In this document: piece after piece, positions 1 through 6,936 of the stretch
How positions within the stretch are numbered: the first letter of the stretch is position 1
Layout of the letters: each line of letters starts with the position of its first letter
Assembly: GCA_040260805.1 (NCBI GenBank)
Contig: JBDQPD010000051.1
Coordinates: 1-23,513, forward strand
DNA from: Myxococcota bacterium
GTDB taxonomy: Bacteria > Myxococcota > UBA4151
Direction: 5' to 3'
Length of the DNA: 23,513 nt
Notes under the pieces: generated by a model
Told to the model about the DNA's origin: nothing
Databases searched by the model: none
The model's input: only the letters and a program-made list of their open reading frames with translations
Position numbers and translations under genes: made by a program

Positions 1-142
1 CTACCTGCACCGCTTGCAGGCTAAGGACCTCAGCTTAACTGGCTCGATGATCCCCTTGGGCTCTTGCACCATGGTGCAAGAGCCCAAGGGGATCATCGAG
101 CCAGTTAAGCTGAGGTCCTTAGCCTGCAAGCGGTGCAGGTAG
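1..142. repeat. Perfect 142-bp palindrome (fold-back) at the window end, probably an assembly or amplification artefact
   Basis: Bases 1-71 are the exact reverse complement of 72-142, with no loop and the centre in CCATGG (69-74). It replaces the expected GcvP continuation after MIPLGSCTM. Confidence 0.95.
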
Positions 143-1581
143 CGCAGCATATCCGTCTCACTGTGGTAGCTACTAAAGATCTCGTGCTTGAGCACGGCTT
201 CGTGTCGAGCGACTGAGCCGAGCTCGGCGGGGTCTTGAACCACCAGCGAGCCGTCGCCGCCAAACACCTTCAAGAGGGCGACTAGGTCCGATTCAAGTGC
301 CGTTTCATCGAGTGAGATACCGATTCGACCGTCCTCGTGACGGCGCAGGTTGTAGCCCGCTGCTTCAGCCTTTTGAATCAGCGCATCGGTCTGATCACCG
401 ACCTCAACGGCGAGGGTGTCAAAGAATCGCTCATGGCTGAGTATAAAGCCCAGCGCCTTGAGTCCATGAGCGAGGGTTTGGGTCATGGCGCTGACGCGCT
501 GAGCGATGCGCTTGAGCCCATCAGGGCCATGATAAACCGCATACATGCTCGCCATGATCGCAAGCAGTACTTGAGCCGTGCAGATGTTGGACGTGGCTCG
601 GTCTCGGCGAATATGTTGCTCTCGGGTCTGCAGCGCCATGCGCAGGGCGAGGCGCCCTTCGACGTCTTTGCTGATCCCGATGATTCGTCCGGGGATCCGT
701 CTCTTGAAGTCCTCACTGGTGGCCATAAAGGCGGCGTGTGGGCCGCCAAAGCCTAAGGGCACACCAAAGCGCTGAGTGGTGCCGACCGCGACATCGGCAC
801 CGAGCGAGCCCGGGCTCTCAAGAAGCACCTGAGCGAGCAGGTCGCAGACAGTGATCACGATCAGGCCAGCTTCATGAGCCGAGGCGATTAGGTCGCGATA
901 ATCGACAATTGCGCCGTCGCTGCCTGGATAGGCGAGCAACAACCCAAAGGCGGTGTCGTCAAGAACGAGGTCTTCCGGCTTTCCGATCTCAATATCGACA
1001 TCGATCGGCAGCGCACGGGTCTGGATGCAAGCGATGGTTTGAGGTTGGCAGTTTTCATCGATTAAGAACCGCCGCCCTTTTCGCTTCTTGGCGCTTCGAA
1101 GCGCTAAGCTCATCGCCTCTGCTGCGGCCGTGCCCTCATCGAGTAATGAGGCGTTGGCGACCGGCAAACCGGTGAGCTCGGAGACCATCGTTTGAAAGTT
1201 CAAAAGAGCCTCGAGTCGGCCCTGGCTGATCTCAGCTTGGTAGGGTGTGTACTGAGTATACCAGCCTGGATTTTCAAGCACGTTACGCTGAACGACGGGT
1301 GGCGTATGCGTGCCGTAATAGCCCATACCAATGAAGGATTTTAGGACCTGGTTTTGACCGATGATCGACTTGAGATGAGTCAGCGCTTCGGTCTCGGTTA
1401 GGGCAGGCCCGCAGGCGTCTTCAAGATGCCCTTGATAGCGGATGACTTCAGGCACTGCGTGGTCGCATAGGTCATCCAAGCTGCTTCGCCCAATCTGAGC
1501 GAGCATCGCCTGGATTTCATGATCTCTAGGGCCAATATGTCGCGGGCCAAAGGCGTCGGTGGGGGCGATCGATGCGTTCAT
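70..1581 (-). CDS. gcvP: Glycine dehydrogenase (decarboxylating), glycine cleavage P protein, single-chain type; N-terminal half only
   Basis: Motifs [65 protein letters not shown] and SETDMLRYL...MIPLGSCTM. The last ~22 aa of the listed ORF (VQEPK...) come from the fold-back. Confidence 0.96.
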
Positions 1582-1661
1582 CGGAAACCTTCCCTGCGGG
1601 GCATATCTCGCCCCTATGGGGCGCCTCCTACAGCGCGATAGACTTCGATGCTAGCCGATTA

Positions 1662-2636
1662 TCATGGCTTTGGTGAAGGTTGTGTCAAACCGTCTTTGGT
1701 CAACGCTCGGTAAACCTCATCAGGATCGGTGGTTCCGCTGTTGATCAGCGCATCTGCTTCGCGCATCGCCCGATCGACTTCCTTTTTAAAAACCTCAAGG
1801 GGTTGGGCGCCTCGGATCAACCGACCGTTGATAAAGAAGCTCGGCGTGCCCCTCGCTCCAACTGACGCCGCTAACTGTTGTTGAGCCTCTACCTCTGCAG
1901 CCAGCGCTGGGTCGGCTAGATCCGCCTTGAAGCGTTTGACATCGAGCTTCGCTTGTTGCGCGAGCCGAATTAGATTGTCGTCTGAAAGACCACCACGATT
2001 TTGAGCAAACAATAAGTCGTTGTAGGCCCAGAATTGACCCTGTCGGTGAGCAGCCTGCGCCGCAATTGCTGCCGGTAAGGCGCGCGGGTGGAAGCTCAGT
2101 GGGTTGTGCATGAAGGCGAAGCGAATATTGGGTCCATAGAGCGATTTTAGGGCGCGCATGGTCCGCTGCGCGCGGACGCAAAATGGGCATTCGTAATCAC
2201 TGACCTCAACGATCGTGACTCGATACTGGTTACCTGGCGTCACGGCGAGGCTGTCGACAGGCACCTTGTAGCGAGGGTTGGCATCCTTGGCTCGACGAAT
2301 GACCTTAAAACACTCCATGACCTCATCGCTTTCGCAATCGATAGGAGCAGCGGTCGATGGTCTCTTTCGCTCGCCCAGCGCATCACCTCTTGTTGGTCCA
2401 GCTTCCTTGTTTGCCTTCTTAGTTGCGGTTTTTATCGGTGGTTTAGCGCTTGGGTCTTGGCAGACGCAAGCCCTGCCGTAGCCGTCGGCAAACGCTGAGG
2501 CGCGAACCCCTAAGACCTTTTTATCAAGGCTTGCGCAGTACGAAGCACAGGCCTCGAGTTCGCGAGCAATCGGGTCGCTCGCTAGCGCCGAACTCGACAG
2601 CAAAAAGAGGATGAAAAAAGAACGGATCATGATCAA
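1662..2636 (-). CDS. Exported DsbA-family thioredoxin-fold protein with a Cys-rich N-terminal extension
   Basis: Signal-like N-terminus; VTIVEVSDYECPFC active site; HNPLSFHPRA; GTPSFFING cis-Pro loop; GAQP. Start is TTG 2636 or ATG 2630. Confidence 0.88.
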   Translation of the reverse strand: MIMIRSFFILFLLSSSALASDPIARELEACASYCASLDKKVLGVRASAFADGYGRACVCQDPSAKPPIKTATKKANKEAGPTRGDALGERKRPSTAAPIDCESDEVMECFKVIRRAKDANPRYKVPVDSLAVTPGNQYRVTIVEVSDYECPFCVRAQRTMRALKSLYGPNIRFAFMHNPLSFHPRALPAAIAAQAAHRQGQFWAYNDLLFAQNRGGLSDDNLIRLAQQAKLDVKRFKADLADPALAAEVEAQQQLAASVGARGTPSFFINGRLIRGAQPLEVFKKEVDRAMREADALINSGTTDPDEVYRALTKDGLTQPSPKP

Positions 2637-2645
2637 CTCACAAGT

Positions 2646-3314
2646 CTAAGAGGAGGTCAGTTCGTCGGCGTCAAGCGCTCGCCCTAGGTCCGGCGTACCA
2701 AAGAGTCTTTGAGCCTGAGCGCCTTCTTTATAGGTCGGCAGCACCGCCCGACCGCTCACCGCTTGAGCGGTTAGCGCCAGGGCTCGCTCAGCGACGGGGT
2801 GATGCTCCAGGTCACAATTTTTAAGCCCATCGACGAGTTCTGGATAACGCCCCCCTGCGTTTCCGAAGAACTCTTCGACTTCGACCTTTAGAAGCGCGGC
2901 ATCGGCGACGCTCAAAGCAGCCGGCTGATGAACCCACTGATCGCCAGCTCGCACACCGCAATAGACCATCCCTTGTCGCGCATCAAAGGCGTACAAAGTC
3001 GGCCTGTCAAACACCGGTAGAGCGTCAAAGGTTGAGAACCCCACGAGCTCGGCGCCACTGGCTTGAGCGAGGCCGGTTGCGGTCGCTAGCGCCACGCGCA
3101 GCCCAGTAAAACTACCCGGCCCCTGACCCACGCCAATGCGATCGATTTGATGCGCTTTGAGTCCAGCTTTGCGCAGCAGACCATCGAGCTCATCAACGAT
3201 GCGCAGAGCGTGACTTCTTTGGGGGCCAAAACTTACCGATTGGATCGACGCATCATGGCGTAGCGCGATGACCGCATCGGGGAAAGCACAGTCGATGATT
3301 AGAGCGGTGTTCAT
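2646..3314 (-). CDS. tsaB: tRNA threonylcarbamoyladenosine biosynthesis protein TsaB
   Basis: Signature IGVGQGPGSFTGLRVALATATGLA, the DAR motif (FDARQGMVY), and a length of 222 aa. Confidence 0.9.
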   Translation of the reverse strand: MNTALIIDCAFPDAVIALRHDASIQSVSFGPQRSHALRIVDELDGLLRKAGLKAHQIDRIGVGQGPGSFTGLRVALATATGLAQASGAELVGFSTFDALPVFDRPTLYAFDARQGMVYCGVRAGDQWVHQPAALSVADAALLKVEVEEFFGNAGGRYPELVDGLKNCDLEHHPVAERALALTAQAVSGRAVLPTYKEGAQAQRLFGTPDLGRALDADELTSS

Positions 3315-3320
3315 GGTGCT

Positions 3321-4037
3321 TTATTGGCGCGAGCCGAGCGGTAGATCAAGCACTGGAAAATTTCTCGATTTGGGCAATTGGTAATGCCACCATTCGCTAC
3401 CAATCGAGCGCAAGCCCACGCGTCTCATGGTCATGCGTAACCATCGACGATGCTCACGGCTTTCCGCGCTTCCTCCTTGGTAACTGTGCCGCGCACGGTG
3501 GCTCAGATCATCGAAAGCGGATGGCATCGCTAGTACCTCTCCGTCGCTGAGCCGGTAGAGCCCTAAATCGATGGCAGCCCCACGGTTGTGGTGTGAGCCT
3601 TTGGCGGGGTCGCCCACTAAACCGCGCTTAGGACAGGCTCTCCAGAGCTGAACCTGCGCTGACCATGGGCGGTAGCAGTCGTAAAGAATCACTCCAAAAC
3701 CACCGCGGCCAAGCCGGGTCGCGGCGCCTTTGATAGCCTCGGCGAGCGCTGGTCTTAACCAGCACTTTGCGCCTTTGGGGTATAAGGCGCTTCCCGAAAA
3801 ATTGGCGTCGGTGGTATATTTTAGATCAATTCGAACCCCTGGCGTGGTCTCATCGAGGGCGACTAAATGTGCTTTGAGTTGGCCCTGGCTTACCGTTCCA
3901 GCGGGTTTAGGCGGCGATCCGCCGTAAGGATCTTTGCGACCCAGACATCCTTCAGTTGAGAAACTGCTCGCTTGGCTGGGCAACAGCACCGAGATCAGGG
4001 TAAGTGCCAATAGGCGAAACAAGGCTTCGTGCTCCAT
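3321..4037 (-). CDS. ddpX: D-alanyl-D-alanine dipeptidase (M15D, VanX/DdpX family) with signal-like N-terminus
   Basis: DLKYTTDANFSG, LYDCYRPWSAQ, zinc motif SHHNRGAAID, MPSAFDD and EWWHY. Confidence 0.9.
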   Translation of the reverse strand: MEHEALFRLLALTLISVLLPSQASSFSTEGCLGRKDPYGGSPPKPAGTVSQGQLKAHLVALDETTPGVRIDLKYTTDANFSGSALYPKGAKCWLRPALAEAIKGAATRLGRGGFGVILYDCYRPWSAQVQLWRACPKRGLVGDPAKGSHHNRGAAIDLGLYRLSDGEVLAMPSAFDDLSHRARHSYQGGSAESREHRRWLRMTMRRVGLRSIGSEWWHYQLPKSRNFPVLDLPLGSRQ

Positions 4038-4093
4038 GTAACCGGGGCTATGACGGCGACGACCGCCGGTCTATTCTTCGCCTAGGAGGTCCT

Positions 4094-4693
4094 ATGCTTG
4101 TGGTGGGTATCGCCGGAGGAACGGCGAGCGGCAAGACCACTGTGGTTGATCAGATCGTCGCCGCCCTTGGAGAGGACCGAGTTAGTGTCTTAGCCTGCGA
4201 CCATTATTACCGTGATCTCGCCGCGCTTCCGCTCAGCGCACGCAAGGATTATAACTTTGATCATCCGGACGCGATGGATCAAAAACTAATCCTCGATCAT
4301 ATCCGCAAACTCAAAGCAGGCGAGACGGTCGATCGGCCTTGCTACAGTTTCTCGGCTTCGATCCGCACCGACAAAACCGTCCCTTTGCACAGCGCGCCGG
4401 TTCTGATCGTTGAGGGTATTTTGGCGCTAGCGATCGACGCTTTTCGAAGTGAGTACGATTTTTCGATCTACGTGGATTCAGCGGACGACCTGCGTTTGAT
4501 TCGTCGAATCGAGCGCGACACCCAAGAGCGTGGCCGAAGTCTTGACGAGACCGTCCAGCGTTATTTGCGCTGGGTTCGACCCATGCATGAGGCCTATGTT
4601 TGGCCTTCGATGCGCAAAGCAGACTTGATCGTACGAAACTATCGCGACCCCTCGGCTGCGATTCGTTTACTGATCAAGGCGCTGGGTGGATGA
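4094..4693 (+). CDS. udk: Uridine kinase
   Basis: GIAGGTASGKTT Walker A, DHYY, NFDHPDA, LIVEGIL and RRIERDTQERGR. GGAGG at 4085-4089 supports ATG 4094 rather than 4004. Confidence 0.93.
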   Translation: MLVVGIAGGTASGKTTVVDQIVAALGEDRVSVLACDHYYRDLAALPLSARKDYNFDHPDAMDQKLILDHIRKLKAGETVDRPCYSFSASIRTDKTVPLHSAPVLIVEGILALAIDAFRSEYDFSIYVDSADDLRLIRRIERDTQERGRSLDETVQRYLRWVRPMHEAYVWPSMRKADLIVRNYRDPSAAIRLLIKALGG

Positions 4694-6936
4694 GCGACCT
4701 TCGGCCTGGTGAACTGCAACCGCTCGAGCCTAATTCGGTCGCCCAGTTTTTGGGCGCGAAGGGTCCCTTAGCCGATCGAATGCAGGGGCATGAGACTAGG
4801 CCTTCACAGCAGAACATGGCGGCGCATGTCGCGATGGCGCTCAACCGCGGCGATGCCATCTGCATCGAAGCACCGACCGGGGTTGGAAAGTCGCTCGCCT
4901 ACTTGCTGCCTACTGCGCTTTGGGCGCGCAATAATTCGCGTCGAATCGTGATCGCCACGCGCACCATCAATCTGCAGCGCCAGCTCGTCGATAAGGATTT
5001 GCCGGCTTTGGCTGAGATGTTGTTGGAGGAGGACCCTGGCGCCGAGGAATTGCGTTATGTCGAGCTCGTAGGGCGTGGTAACTACCTCTGCCCACAGCGT
5101 CTTGAGGAAGCCTTTCGCCAGCCGGCTCTAAAGGCCGAGTTGTCGGAGGAGCAACAACAAGACCTCTGGCGACTCAAGGCTTGGAGTTTGCGCAGCGATC
5201 ATGAGGGTCGGCGACAAGACTTAGTCGAATCGCCGGATTACCGAGTATGGGAGGAGGCGAACGCCGACGCCGATAATTGTGCCGGTCCGAAGTGCTCTTA
5301 TTTTGATCGATGCCCGTATTTTATCTCTCGAAACCGTGCCAATACGGCAGATCTTTTGGTGGTTAACCATGCCCTGATGCTCGCCGACGTCGTGCTCAAA
5401 CAAGGAGAACCAAAAGCGGAGGGCGTTCTACCGCGCTGGGATGCAGTGGTCGTGGACGAGGCACATCATCTCGAGGCCGAGGCGACGCGTGCTTTTACGA
5501 TTGAGATCTCGAGTCGTCAGCTCAGTCGCCAGCTTGACCGCCTTTTGCATCCACGTATCGCTGGAGCCGGCGACTTAGGAAAGATGGATCTAGCGCTCGG
5601 TGGGGTCAGTGGGGCGCTTGAGGATAAGGCGCACGCGCTGTCCAATCGCATCGTTGAAGACCTGCCCGAGTGGATCGCTGCGGTTCGTCAGACGGGTGAG
5701 CGTCTTTGGGCGGCATTGGCGGATACTTACGGCGAACCCGAGCGCGCACAGCAGGTGTGGATTGATGAAGGCCGCCGTTCGGGTCCGGAATGGATTGAGT
5801 CGCTTGAAAAGCTGCAGGAGGTCCGCGTGACCCTTGAGCGTTTGGTCGCTCGTCTGCAGACCTTGATCGACGACGCTGAGCATCATGGGTTGATCGAGCA
5901 TGAACCCTTTGTCGAGCAAGCCACGCGCGGGCTGACTTCTCGTCTGGCTCGACTCAGCACGATCATGGAGGCCGTGCAGGCGGTCTCGAAAGGGGATGAG
6001 GCTATTTGTACTTGGGTCGAGGTCGGCTCGATCCCGCAACGGGGCCATCGGTATTCGGCGATTTATGCGGCGCCGGTTGCTGTTGACGAGCCCCTACACG
6101 ATCTCTTCTTTGCTCCGAACTGGTCAACCGTGATGACCTCAGCAACGCTCGCAGCCAATCAACGCTTTGATCTGCTTTTGGCTCGAACGGGTTTACGCCA
6201 TCATCAGCCAGCAGCCGTCACCCTGGCGCTGCCATCACCCTTTAATCACGCCGAGCAAGCAGTCCTTGGGATCGTCCCGAACATGCCCGACCCGCGTGAA
6301 GAATCAGGCCAGCTACATACCGACGCTTTGATCACAGCTGTGGATCAGTTGACGCGCTCTGTGCGCGGCGGAACGCTGGTTCTCTTTACCTCTTTTCGAG
6401 CCATGAACCGAGTCTACGAAGCCTTGGCGTCGGGGTTTGTTTCAGCCGGGCTCAAGCCGATGATTCAAGCGCGTAAAGGTCCAAGTCGTGCGGAGCTCTT
6501 GCGTCGTTTTCGAGACACCCAAGGCGCAGTTTTGTTCGCTACCGATTCTTTTTGGGAGGGGATTGATGTCCCGGGGGATTCCTTGCGTTTAGTGCTCATT
6601 ACTCGTCTGCCTTTTTCGGTGCCCACGGAGCCGATTGCGATGGCGCGTCAAGAGCGTCTGCGTCGAGTCGGACAAAACCCATTCTTTGAATTGACCCTTC
6701 CGCAGGCAATTTTACGGCTAAGGCAAGGATACGGTCGTTTGATTCGACGGCAGAGTGACCGAGGTGGTGTCGTGATTTTGGACCCTCGGATTGAAACCGC
6801 TCGCTACGGGCGTCGGTTCCTCAACAGTTTACCGCCTGCGCGGCGTCTACGAGGGGAGGTGGGAATGATCAGTGAGGCGCTCACCGAACTGTTTCGACCG
6901 AGCTCAACCGATGAGTTGGGTGATGAGGTCTTGTAG
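4690..6936 (+). CDS. DinG/YoaA-family ATP-dependent SF2 helicase with Fe-S cluster
   Basis: Q motif RPSQ, EAPTGVGKSLAYL, GRGNYLC plus C-x4-C-x5-C Fe-S ligands, VVDEAHHL, TSATL, FWEGIDVPG and QGYGRLIR. The start ATG 4690 overlaps the udk stop (ATGA). Confidence 0.92.
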   Translation: MSDLRPGELQPLEPNSVAQFLGAKGPLADRMQGHETRPSQQNMAAHVAMALNRGDAICIEAPTGVGKSLAYLLPTALWARNNSRRIVIATRTINLQRQLVDKDLPALAEMLLEEDPGAEELRYVELVGRGNYLCPQRLEEAFRQPALKAELSEEQQQDLWRLKAWSLRSDHEGRRQDLVESPDYRVWEEANADADNCAGPKCSYFDRCPYFISRNRANTADLLVVNHALMLADVVLKQGEPKAEGVLPRWDAVVVDEAHHLEAEATRAFTIEISSRQLSRQLDRLLHPRIAGAGDLGKMDLALGGVSGALEDKAHALSNRIVEDLPEWIAAVRQTGERLWAALADTYGEPERAQQVWIDEGRRSGPEWIESLEKLQEVRVTLERLVARLQTLIDDAEHHGLIEHEPFVEQATRGLTSRLARLSTIMEAVQAVSKGDEAICTWVEVGSIPQRGHRYSAIYAAPVAVDEPLHDLFFAPNWSTVMTSATLAANQRFDLLLARTGLRHHQPAAVTLALPSPFNHAEQAVLGIVPNMPDPREESGQLHTDALITAVDQLTRSVRGGTLVLFTSFRAMNRVYEALASGFVSAGLKPMIQARKGPSRAELLRRFRDTQGAVLFATDSFWEGIDVPGDSLRLVLITRLPFSVPTEPIAMARQERLRRVGQNPFFELTLPQAILRLRQGYGRLIRRQSDRGGVVILDPRIETARYGRRFLNSLPPARRLRGEVGMISEALTELFRPSSTDELGDEVL

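Noticed and set aside
1..142. Hairpin telomere or protelomerase site of a linear replicon
   Set aside because: The arm is ordinary gcvP coding sequence folded in the middle of a conserved motif, and no protelomerase or phage genes are nearby. An artefact is far more likely.
1..1581. gcvP as a complete 526-aa GcvPA subunit or as a pseudogene
   Set aside because: The protein continues past the PA region into the SETDMLRY...GSCTM segment of single-chain GcvP, and the stop codon is created by the fold-back.
1582..1661. Glycine riboswitch upstream of gcvP
   Set aside because: Only 80 bp of intergenic space and no recognisable aptamer motifs (GGAGA...CCGAAG...CTCTCAGG).
3321..4037. vanX vancomycin-resistance locus
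   Set aside because: No vanH, vanA or vanRS nearby. A stand-alone exported M15D dipeptidase is common.
4690..6936. CasDinG or another defence-associated helicase
   Set aside because: No cas genes or arrays are present. It is a housekeeping-type Fe-S DinG/YoaA in a core-gene context.
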